Shown in pieces: positions 9,814-18,168 of a stretch of 64,000 nucleotides of DNA. The notes beneath the pieces were generated by a model that worked only from the letters and a program-made list of their open reading frames with translations, was not told where the DNA came from and did no database searches. The translations under genes were made by a program, and so were the position numbers. This stretch comes from Candidatus Pacearchaeota archaeon (lineage in GTDB: Archaea > Nanobdellota > Nanobdellia > Pacearchaeales > GW2011-AR1), in NCBI GenBank assembly GCA_018303845.1, contig JAGVXH010000002.1, forward strand, positions 27,532-91,531, written 5' to 3'. The first letter of the stretch is position 1; each line of letters begins with the position of its first letter.

Positions 9814-10140
9814 CTAATTAATCCTTCTCTCAAGCTCTCTAAAAAACGCATCCCTCACAACCCCACCAACACGCTTCCCAACTTTAATCTCCATATCATA
9901 TTTTTCATCCCCAAAAGAATCAAAATACCTTCTAGAAAAACCCACGTTCCAACGAGCAAGTCGCATAATATCCAAATAATTATCCAAAGGAATGCTCGCC
10001 TCAATTCCCTTGATAGCGTCCTCAAAAGTCATTTTACCTTTCTCAGAATCCCCAACAAAAACACCTAAATCTTCCAAGCTAAAAATAGACAAATCCACTT
10101 TATTCAACTCTTCAAAAACACAATCTCCAGATAAAACCAT
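9814..10140 (-). CDS. Hypothetical small protein inside the pilus operon
   Basis: The ORF is compactly spaced between neighbouring genes on the same strand. Confidence 0.3.
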   Translation of the reverse strand: MVLSGDCVFEELNKVDLSIFSLEDLGVFVGDSEKGKMTFEDAIKGIEASIPLDNYLDIMRLARWNVGFSRRYFDSFGDEKYDMEIKVGKRVGGVVRDAFFRELERRIN

Positions 10141-10174
10141 AATCCCACATCAAAACCCTACTTTTTAAAAATTA

Positions 10175-11719
10175 TTATACTCGACTCTTCTTACTCTCAA
10201 TACCATACTTCTTCAAAATAATCTCAGGCATTTTCGCATAATCATTAATAATTCTCTGAACTTCATCGTAAGCAAAAACTTTATTCTGAAACAACGCATA
10301 AAGAAGCCTGGTTCGCGTCTCAAACTCCTGCTGCATCTCTTCCTTACCAAACCCATACCTCGCCCCAATTTTATCAAAAATTTTACTCTCCGTAGCATAA
10401 TAAAATTTATCATCAGCCGGATTCCACTTGAATGGAGTATTGGTAGTAGTAGTCCCATCGACTGCAATATTCACAACCTCAGTAACCTCTCTAAGTCGCC
10501 TAGTCTCTTTCCCATTAACAATCGCATGCGTCATAATCGCCATCGCATCAAGCCCATTAACAAGCATCGGAGACAAACTAATCGGAGGTGTCATAAGTCG
10601 TCGAACAATAGAATCAACCGAATCTCCATGCATAGTAGAAATCGAAGCATGACCTGAAGCCATTCCCTGAAATAAAACACTCGCCTCCGCACCTCGCACT
10701 TCACCAACAATTACATAATCCGGATTCTGTCTAAACGAACTCCTAAGCAAACTAAACATATCAACTTCACCAACACCAGCAGAAGAAACCCCACTTCTAA
10801 CAACTGACGGCAACCAATTCTCCCTAGGCAAATTCAACTCACGAGTATCCTCAATCGAAACAACCCTATTCTCTTGCGGAATAAAAAAAGCCAAAGCATT
10901 CAGAAGAGAAGTCTTACCAGAAGCCGTCCCACCAACAATCATCAAATTCGACTGATACTGCAAAAGAATCCAAAAATACGCCATCATCTCTGGACTAAGA
11001 GTATGAAATCCAAGCAACTGAGTAGGCGTCCAAGGAGTCTTGGTAAATTTACGAATCGTAAACGTCGGACCCTTCGAAGAAATATCCTGAGTATACGTAG
11101 CATTAACTCTTGACCCATCCGGCAAACTACCATCTAAAATCGGAGAAGCATAAGAAATATATCGTCCAGTCTTCTGTGCCAACTTCTCAACAAAACTCGA
11201 CAACTCATCCATATCCATAAACTTCGTCGTAGTCTTAATATTTCTAAAAACTCGATGAACAATATAAAGCGAATCCCCCATCCCATTACACTCCAAGTCC
11301 TCAATAAAATAATCCCTCATCATCGGCTCAATCTTATTTAGCCCAATAAAATCTCGATATATAAAATAAAACATCCTAAAATAAGAATCCTCTTCAACCT
11401 CTAAGCCCAACTCCGAAATAATCAACCGCGCCGTCTTATCAACATAATCAATCAAATTTTCAACAGACTGATCAACCGCAACCATATTGACATTAACAAC
11501 CTCCTTCATCGCCGACATAAGCCTATTCAAAATCACCCTTTCCTCCTCACTAACAATCGGCTCCTCAACATCATAGATAACCTCACCAAGCCTCGCATCA
11601 TAATAAACATGAACCGAAACATATGGCGCAATAACCATATACCTAACATCAATCTGGGTCCTATCTTTAAATGCAGGAATAGAAGGAACCTGTGGATTCA
11701 AATTTATATTCATCACCAT
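10175..11719 (-). CDS. FlaI/TadA/VirB11-family secretion ATPase (type IV pilus assembly ATPase)
   Basis: Walker A is GGTASGKTSLLNAL, with Asp-box/His-box style motifs (VIVGEVRGAEA, ASGHASISTMHG) of GspE/FlaI ATPases. Confidence 0.85.
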   Translation of the reverse strand: MVMNINLNPQVPSIPAFKDRTQIDVRYMVIAPYVSVHVYYDARLGEVIYDVEEPIVSEEERVILNRLMSAMKEVVNVNMVAVDQSVENLIDYVDKTARLIISELGLEVEEDSYFRMFYFIYRDFIGLNKIEPMMRDYFIEDLECNGMGDSLYIVHRVFRNIKTTTKFMDMDELSSFVEKLAQKTGRYISYASPILDGSLPDGSRVNATYTQDISSKGPTFTIRKFTKTPWTPTQLLGFHTLSPEMMAYFWILLQYQSNLMIVGGTASGKTSLLNALAFFIPQENRVVSIEDTRELNLPRENWLPSVVRSGVSSAGVGEVDMFSLLRSSFRQNPDYVIVGEVRGAEASVLFQGMASGHASISTMHGDSVDSIVRRLMTPPISLSPMLVNGLDAMAIMTHAIVNGKETRRLREVTEVVNIAVDGTTTTNTPFKWNPADDKFYYATESKIFDKIGARYGFGKEEMQQEFETRTRLLYALFQNKVFAYDEVQRIINDYAKMPEIILKKYGIESKKSRV

Positions 11720-11807
11720 ATCTAAATCTAAAACACAATCAGATTATATAAAACTTCTTTCTTCCAATATTAACCAAAATAATAAAACATCCCAAAATCC
11801 ACACCAA

Positions 11808-12338
11808 TCACGCTTCCACAAATCCAATCACAATATTCCCACTCACATCCTTTCCAACATTCTCAATAATTAGTCTATACGGAGTCGGCGCAACATCAAA
11901 TTTTTTCTCTATAAAATCCCCTCCGGCATAGGTCAAATTCATCTTATACCCAATCTTCAACTCAACCTCATAATTCCCATTCTGCGTCGTAGTAACATTC
12001 ATATCCCCAAAAGGAACCGTCTGTCCAACCTGACTATAGGGAAAACTAGAATCCAAACTCCAAGAAATGCTATCCTCAGCCGGATTAATAATAAGTGAAC
12101 CTTTCTTTATTTCCAAATTAATAACTCGCCTATTCCCAGCGGCCCGACTAACCTCGTAAATCTTATCATCTATATTTGTCATCGCCTCAATCGACCGACT
12201 AATACTCATCTCATCCTTCTTCTGTTCTATCTTCGGCAAAGCCCCCGCCAAAACAAGCCCGATAATCGCAAGCCCAATCAAAGTATAAATCACAGTCTCA
12301 ACCCAAATCTGCCCACGGCAATTAAATAACCCCCTCAT
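11808..12338 (-). CDS. Type IV pilin-like protein (class III signal, Glu at +5)
   Basis: N-terminus is RG/QIWVETVIYTLIGLAIIG. Confidence 0.55.
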   Translation of the reverse strand: MRGLFNCRGQIWVETVIYTLIGLAIIGLVLAGALPKIEQKKDEMSISRSIEAMTNIDDKIYEVSRAAGNRRVINLEIKKGSLIINPAEDSISWSLDSSFPYSQVGQTVPFGDMNVTTTQNGNYEVELKIGYKMNLTYAGGDFIEKKFDVAPTPYRLIIENVGKDVSGNIVIGFVEA

Positions 12339-12436
12339 ATATACAAAACAAAAATATTCTTTATATACTTATTGCAAATTCAAAAAATTCAAAAGCCCAT
12401 AAGGGCTAAAAAAAATAAAAATAATTTAAAAATAAT

Positions 12437-12901
12437 TTAACAAGCTATCAATTTTACCGGAGCCAATGCATCACAGGTTTCATTTTTCCCACCAACTGTA
12501 ACAACAGGAGCAATAGAAACAGAATCAGCAATTACGGTATACGGTCTAACAAAAAGCACTTTCTCTTCATTAACATTAGGAAGAACAGTTAAAGTTCTAT
12601 TAGTAACAGACATAGTATTCCCATTAGTATCCGTAATTAAAATTTGAATAGCCTCTAATCCAACTTCTTTAGAACCATGTTTAACCTGAACCTGAACATG
12701 ATTAGCAACATCATTAAAACATGTATGCCCCTTGTTCTCGATTGATAGTGCAGTCATAGCATCCAAACAAACCGTTCCTCTAGCTAATTGATTATTAATC
12801 ATAGGGATGATTGTAGCCCAAATAATTGTGACAGCAGCAACAGTAATCAAAATTATCAACACCGTAGCGACTACTGCACTTATACCTTTCTTTTTATTCA
12901 T
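12437..12901 (-). CDS. Archaeal type IV pilin (DUF361-like N-terminus)
   Basis: The sequence KKG/ISAVVATVLIILITVAAV is a canonical archaeal prepilin signal. The likely start is MNKKKG. Confidence 0.6.
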   Translation of the reverse strand: MNKKKGISAVVATVLIILITVAAVTIIWATIIPMINNQLARGTVCLDAMTALSIENKGHTCFNDVANHVQVQVKHGSKEVGLEAIQILITDTNGNTMSVTNRTLTVLPNVNEEKVLFVRPYTVIADSVSIAPVVTVGGKNETCDALAPVKLIAC

Positions 12902-12940
12902 AATCATACCTCCTTTCATTTTGTTTTAAATTTCATTTAG

Positions 12941-13396
12941 TTAAAGCGTAACCCCCGAATCTATACAAGTAAACATACTATTAGCTGTTGTCCCCTGCGT
13001 CTTCCCAACCAAAACAGGATAAGCAATAATCTTATCTGGCACACTCCCATCCGCCATCTCAAAAGTAGCATAATCCCTCACGGACTTCCCAGCATCAATC
13101 TTAAACGAAAATCTTGCTGCCTCAGAATTTCCCTTGCCATCAAACATCTTAATATCCAAATATCTGATATTAATATCCCCAATATTCCTAATTTCTAACT
13201 CACTTCCAAATCTCGCAGCATCAAACTTTACCGCTCTACAACTTTCCTCAATTGGTTGTCCAAGCTTTTCAATCTGCTCACCAATAAATCCCCTCGCCCA
13301 TAAAAAAATAATAACAGCTAAAACCAAAACTAACAGAATCAACAACACACTCGCAATCACAGGCGACAAAGCCCTCTTTCCCACACTCTCTTCCAT
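12941..13396 (-). CDS. Archaeal type IV pilin
   Basis: N-terminus is KRA/LSPVIASVLLILLVLVLAVII. It is a paralog of 61679..62137. Confidence 0.6.
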   Translation of the reverse strand: MEESVGKRALSPVIASVLLILLVLVLAVIIFLWARGFIGEQIEKLGQPIEESCRAVKFDAARFGSELEIRNIGDINIRYLDIKMFDGKGNSEAARFSFKIDAGKSVRDYATFEMADGSVPDKIIAYPVLVGKTQGTTANSMFTCIDSGVTL

Positions 13397-13523
13397 GGAA
13401 TCTACCAGTTTCTATATTTTATAAATGTAGCTATTATTAACAAAAAATATCTCTTAGATAAAACGATCAATCCTAACTAAATTCTCAAAATTAAATTATT
13501 TGCCCCAAATTTTCCTCAAAAAA

Positions 13524-14018
13524 CTAAGAACAACTAACCTTCTGGGAAGTATGAGACTCACAGCTAATCTTCCCATCATCCATCAAATATGGCTGGACAT
13601 CAACCAAAGTAATATCCGTAAGCCCATAAGGAAGAAGAGAAGGGTCAGAAAAACGATATACAAATGACTTACTTTCCCCCGTCTTCAAGCCAAGTCCAAG
13701 CTCATCAAAAACATAAAATCCAAATTCGGCATCAGGCCTATCATGAACTCTCAAAATAAATCCATCAATATTAAACAATCCCTTATTTTTAAGCGTCACA
13801 GTCAAATTCCCACCGGCCCCCTTACTACACTCATAACTAGAAACAATCACATTAACATTCTCAGAACAAACAGCCACATCCTCCCCCTCAGCATAAAACT
13901 TCAACCAACCATAAACCAAAACAGACAAAGAAATGGTAATCGAAATCAACAAAACATAAGCAACCACATCACTAAGCCCCTTTCTATCGCCCCCTATTTT
14001 CCTCATCAAATCTCTCAT
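13524..14018 (-). CDS. Archaeal type IV pilin
   Basis: N-terminus is DRKG/LSDVVAYVLLISITISL. Confidence 0.55.
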   Translation of the reverse strand: MRDLMRKIGGDRKGLSDVVAYVLLISITISLSVLVYGWLKFYAEGEDVAVCSENVNVIVSSYECSKGAGGNLTVTLKNKGLFNIDGFILRVHDRPDAEFGFYVFDELGLGLKTGESKSFVYRFSDPSLLPYGLTDITLVDVQPYLMDDGKISCESHTSQKVSCS

Positions 14019-14142
14019 CTTACAAACTTTATAAAACTTCGCGCGACATCCAGCCCATCTAAATACCTAACAATCAAACCCATCCCAATCCTTTCTTCAT
14101 AATCAACTATCACAAAAATTATGCAACAAAATGCCATATTTT

Positions 14143-14754
14143 TTATTCCACAATAATATGTCGATCATCACCAACATTCTTCTGCATAATAAAAATAACC
14201 TGTCGGTATTTTGAAGTAGGAAATTCGAAAACATTCCCTTTAATTTCCACGGTAACATTAGTATTGCTTGCAAGGTTTCTCGCATCATCAATTGCAACTT
14301 GCATACTCGTAGAAATTTCACTATCAAAATCAACAATACTCTCATCAATCTCTTGGCACATTGCCTTCAAGCAAACCCGACTCGTTACCCCCGTATTCAA
14401 TCCCTCAACTTCAACCCCATCTATATAAACACTATCGCTCCCATAATTCTTCAATTCCATCTTCGTACTATTCCCATAAATAAAAATAAAATTACTACCC
14501 GAACTCCTCTCCTCAATCTCTCCCGCAAGCAGATTCACAAACTCCGTCAAATTTACACTCGAATCAAAACCACTATAAACCTCATAATCCAAAACCGCCC
14601 CAACCTCCCTTTTTACTTCATAGCTAAAATCATAAAAACTCCCAGGCTCCTCATTCCCAATAACCTTATTTGTCCCAGCTCCCAAGCTAATTATAACCGC
14701 CGAAATAATCACAGCGGCAAGCAAAAAAAACTGCCCACGCCTATTAATCACCAT
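14143..14754 (-). CDS. Pilin-like protein (first gene of the pilus operon)
   Basis: N-terminus is RRG/QFFLLAAVIISAVIISL. A TTTATAAA box lies about 30 bp upstream at 14782-14789. Confidence 0.45.
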   Translation of the reverse strand: MVINRRGQFFLLAAVIISAVIISLGAGTNKVIGNEEPGSFYDFSYEVKREVGAVLDYEVYSGFDSSVNLTEFVNLLAGEIEERSSGSNFIFIYGNSTKMELKNYGSDSVYIDGVEVEGLNTGVTSRVCLKAMCQEIDESIVDFDSEISTSMQVAIDDARNLASNTNVTVEIKGNVFEFPTSKYRQVIFIMQKNVGDDRHIIVE

Positions 14755-15047
14755 ACAACTATCTATTTCAAATCTTTATAAAATAATCGCAACCAAATTT
14801 TTCACAACCAATGGTAACCAAAAGCAAACCAATCCCATCATATAAAAATCATGCACGATTAAATTTTTAAATATCTACCACAAACCCGTACGAAAACCCC
14901 ATAAATTTTAATTAAAAAATATTATAACATAAACTCTCCAAACACATTTTTATTTTAATTAGACAATTTCGTGGCATAAAAAATTTCGCCGTGTGCAAAA
15001 GCACATAAGAAATTTTTTATCAAGAAATTGACAATTAAAATAAAAAT

Positions 15048-15305
15048 GTAGGCGAGCAAGAGCTCAAATCCACATAACAGAGGAAGACACTCATCCTCAG
15101 GTCTGCTACCCCCTAAGCACCTAAACCTTAACTTAGGGCTGCTGGAATTCCTCCCCCTGACCCAATTCATCAAAGCAAGATCAAAGAGGACAAACCTTCA
15201 ACGTCAAAATGTCAACATGTCAAACTTCATATCACTTACTTGCCTTGCGGTCCGTCATAAAGCCCATTTACGAACAGCGTGGGGCTAGCACGCCAACCTG
15301 CCTAC
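15048..15305 (-). ncRNA. Candidate signal recognition particle (7S/SRP) RNA
   Basis: The minus-strand transcript contains GGUCAGG..GGAA..AGCAGCC..AAGG, matching the conserved helix-8 (domain IV) primary motif of SRP RNAs. Its 5' GUAGGC and 3' GCCUAC pair as a terminal helix. GC content is locally elevated. A TTTTAAAGG box lies about 25 bp upstream. Confidence 0.5.
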
Positions 15306-15357
15306 AAAAAACAAAAGGTAAAAACCTTTAAAAGAGTTGTCATTCTCTTCCCTACAT

Positions 15358-15438
15358 GCCCACATCGCATATCGGTATTGCAGCGGATTGCTAATCCGCG
15401 CCCTCCGGGGCCGGCAGGTTCGACTCCTGCTGTGGGCG
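15358..15438 (+). tRNA. tRNA-Ser (anticodon GCU), type II with long variable arm
   Basis: Manual fold: acceptor GCCCACA/UGUGGGC, anticodon stem GCGGA/UCCGC with loop UUGCUAA, T-arm GCAGG-UUCGACU-CCUGC. CCA is not encoded. Confidence 0.75.
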
Positions 15439-15508
15439 TTCATTATCGAAACTGACGGCTTGACGGCTGGTTTAAAAAAAAATAAAGTTTTTCTTTAGGA
15501 ATCTTTGA

Positions 15509-15555
15509 TTCCGTGTCCGAGTGTCTCTGACACGAAGGCGACTCCTACCGTAGGC
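15509..15555 (+). repeat. tRNA-associated element: conserved motif TTCCGTGTCCGAGTGTCTCTGACACGAAGG fused to a 17-bp copy of the tRNA-Ser 3' end (from the T-loop)
   Basis: cgactcctaccgtaggc after the motif matches the tRNA-Ser 3' end cgactcctgctgtgggc, which lies 70 bp upstream. The same motif family is found at the tRNA-Leu and tRNA-Met loci. Confidence 0.55.
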
Positions 15556-15843
15556 AGTCTAACAAAAATGCAATGTAATTGTAAACAACATTGTCACCGA
15601 CGCTGTTTGTAATCCCTATAAGATTACAAGAAAAACTTATAACTATAAACACCATCTAATATCATTCGATTTATCAGCTTTGGCTTCGGTCAATTCAACC
15701 TAATCGAATGTTCGGCTTCGGTCGAATGGAAGAGAGGTGATGCATTAGAATCAATACTCTTCCATTTTACAATTACATTCAAAATAACAATATTTTCTCT
15801 TCTTCACCTAAATCCTTATAAACAAAATAGAATATCTCGCCAT

Positions 15844-16152
15844 ATGGAAAAAGACATCGGAAAAATAAAAAAGAACGACGAGACAGACATCATAATCAGA
15901 ATCGACGACTTCGGCGGGCAACCAGGTCTAACAATAAGAGAATTCGTTCACTCTCAAAATTACACAGGATTCACAAAAGCCGGCATAAGAATCAAATCAG
16001 AAAAATTAGCAGAATTCAAAGCAATGATAAATTCAGTAAGCCAAAGCGACCTCTTGCCACAAAAAATCCAAACCCCAAAAAAAACAGAGAGACAAGAACC
16101 AAAAGAAATTGACAGTGACGAATCTGGAATCGACGAAGAAGGATTAATGTAA
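15844..16152 (+). CDS. PC4/YdbC-like ssDNA-binding transcriptional coactivator domain protein
   Basis: IIIRIDDFGGQPGLTIREFV...TKAGIRIKSEKLAEF resembles the PC4 C-terminal domain fold signature. It has an acidic C-terminal tail. Confidence 0.45.
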   Translation: MEKDIGKIKKNDETDIIIRIDDFGGQPGLTIREFVHSQNYTGFTKAGIRIKSEKLAEFKAMINSVSQSDLLPQKIQTPKKTERQEPKEIDSDESGIDEEGLM

Positions 16153-16233
16153 TTCGAATCATCTCTACAAAAATTTATAAAGACAAACAGGCAATAACAC
16201 AATAGGTGACATCGGCTTCTAGTCGAAAAATAT

Positions 16234-18168
16234 ATGAAAAAAAGAGGAATACAATACGTAGTAAAAAAAAGTGACGGATTCTACCCAAGCGAAGAAATGA
16301 AAAAAATCGCAAACATTACTGATCCTCAAATTTACGAAAAAGCAGCAAAAGACCCAATTGCTTTCTGGGGCAAAATGGCAAAGGAAGGTATAACATGGGA
16401 AAAGGAATGGGACAAAACTTATGTAGAAAAACTTCCATATTTTGAGTGGTTCAAAGGCGGAAAATTAAACTTCTCAGTAAACTGCCTAGACAGGCACCTA
16501 GCTCATCCAGACAAAACAGCACTAATCTGGGTGCCAGAACCAGATACAGAGCCCTCAATCAAAATCTCATACGAAGAACTCCATGACAAAGTCTGCAAAT
16601 TCGCAAACGTCCTAAAAGCAAACGGAGTCAAAAAAGGAGACGTCGTATCAATCTATCTACCAATGGTACCACAAGCCCTAATCGCAATGCTTTCATGCAC
16701 AAGAATCGGCGCAATCCATTCCGTAGTCTTCTCTGCATTTTCCGCAGACGCACTAAAAGCAAGAATAGAAGACGGCCAATCAAAAATCCTAATCACATCC
16801 GACGGATATTACCGAAGAGGGAAACCAGAAGACCTACTAACAAAAGCAAAAAACGCAGCAAAAAAAACAACCATTAAAAAAATAATAGTAGTAAATAGAA
16901 TTGGGAAAAAAGTCAGAGGAAGAAGATTTCTAAATTTCGAAGATGAAATAAAAAAAGCTCCATCATATTGTAAACCAGAAATGATGAACTCAGAAGACCC
17001 AATGTTCTTACTATATACATCAGGAACAACGGGAAGACCAAAAGGAATTGTCCACGATACTGGGGGCTATGCAACACAAGCCTACTGGACATGTAAATGG
17101 AATTTCGACCTACACCCAGAAGACATAATGTGGTGCACAGCAGATATCGGCTGGATTACAGGACATACCTACGCAATGTACGGGCCATTATTAACCGGAG
17201 CAACAACCCTAATCTACGAAGGCGGACCAGACTTTCCGAATCCAGGAAGATGGTGGAAAATAATCCAAGACCATAAAGTAAACGTATTCTACACCGCACC
17301 TACCGCAATAAGAATGTTTATGAAAACCCCACAAAAATGGATAACAAAATACGACCTCTCTTCAATAAAAATTCTAGGAACAGTAGGCGAACCAATAGAC
17401 AAAGAATCGTGGATGTGGTACTTCAGAACAATCGGAGGTTCTCGTTGCCCCGTAATAGATACCTGGTGGCAAACTGAAACTGGCGGAACCTTAATTAATA
17501 CGATTCCAGGAATCGGGCCATTCATACCAACAATATCAGGGAAAAGCTTCCCAGGAGTAAAACATATAATCGTAGACGACAAAGGATATCCAATGCCAAA
17601 AGGAAGGCAGGGTTTTCTCGCACAACAAAGTCCATTTGCACCAGGAATGTTACACGGAGTTTTCAACAACCACAAAAAATACGTAAGCACATACTGGGAA
17701 AAATTCAAAACAATGTACGACACATCCGACGGAGCCTATCTACAAAACGGACTAATAAGAATCACCGGAAGAACAGACGATGTAATGAAAGTAGCAGGAC
17801 ACAGGCTTGCAACAGCAGAAGTAGAAAACGCAATCCACGACAACAAAGTAGTAGGGGACTGCGCAGTAGTTCCAATGCCAGACAAAATAAAAGGACAAGT
17901 CCCAATCGCATTCGTAGTTCTAAAAAAAGGACACCCATCAAAAGACTTAGAACAAAAACTAAAAAAACACGTTGACATCAAAATAGGGCCGACTGCAAGA
18001 CCAGCAAGAATATTTTTCGTAGAAGACCTTCCAAAAACAAGATCAGGAAAAATAATGAGGAGAATCCTAAAATCACTCTTGATTAAGGAAGAACCAGAAG
18101 GATTAATGACCTTAGTAAACCCTTCATCCGTGGAAAAAATTAAAGATACAATCACAGAAAACCCATGA
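16234..18168 (+). CDS. acs: Acetyl-CoA synthetase (AMP-forming)
   Basis: It has the YTSGTTGRPKG AMP-binding motif, WWQTETGG, and a length of 644 aa with overall Acs architecture. Confidence 0.9.
   Translation: MKKRGIQYVVKKSDGFYPSEEMKKIANITDPQIYEKAAKDPIAFWGKMAKEGITWEKEWDKTYVEKLPYFEWFKGGKLNFSVNCLDRHLAHPDKTALIWVPEPDTEPSIKISYEELHDKVCKFANVLKANGVKKGDVVSIYLPMVPQALIAMLSCTRIGAIHSVVFSAFSADALKARIEDGQSKILITSDGYYRRGKPEDLLTKAKNAAKKTTIKKIIVVNRIGKKVRGRRFLNFEDEIKKAPSYCKPEMMNSEDPMFLLYTSGTTGRPKGIVHDTGGYATQAYWTCKWNFDLHPEDIMWCTADIGWITGHTYAMYGPLLTGATTLIYEGGPDFPNPGRWWKIIQDHKVNVFYTAPTAIRMFMKTPQKWITKYDLSSIKILGTVGEPIDKESWMWYFRTIGGSRCPVIDTWWQTETGGTLINTIPGIGPFIPTISGKSFPGVKHIIVDDKGYPMPKGRQGFLAQQSPFAPGMLHGVFNNHKKYVSTYWEKFKTMYDTSDGAYLQNGLIRITGRTDDVMKVAGHRLATAEVENAIHDNKVVGDCAVVPMPDKIKGQVPIAFVVLKKGHPSKDLEQKLKKHVDIKIGPTARPARIFFVEDLPKTRSGKIMRRILKSLLIKEEPEGLMTLVNPSSVEKIKDTITENP

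Noticed and set aside
14955-15173. 72-aa ORF in the supplied track
   Set aside because: It lies within the GC-rich structured RNA (SRP RNA candidate) on the same strand. It is a Gly/Pro/Arg-rich low-complexity translation typical of reading through an RNA gene.
15509-15555. Split or permuted tRNA halves (Nanoarchaeota-style)
   Set aside because: The fragments are copies of the adjacent intact tRNA genes, not the missing halves of otherwise absent tRNAs. The conserved motif is not complementary between partner halves of the same tRNA.
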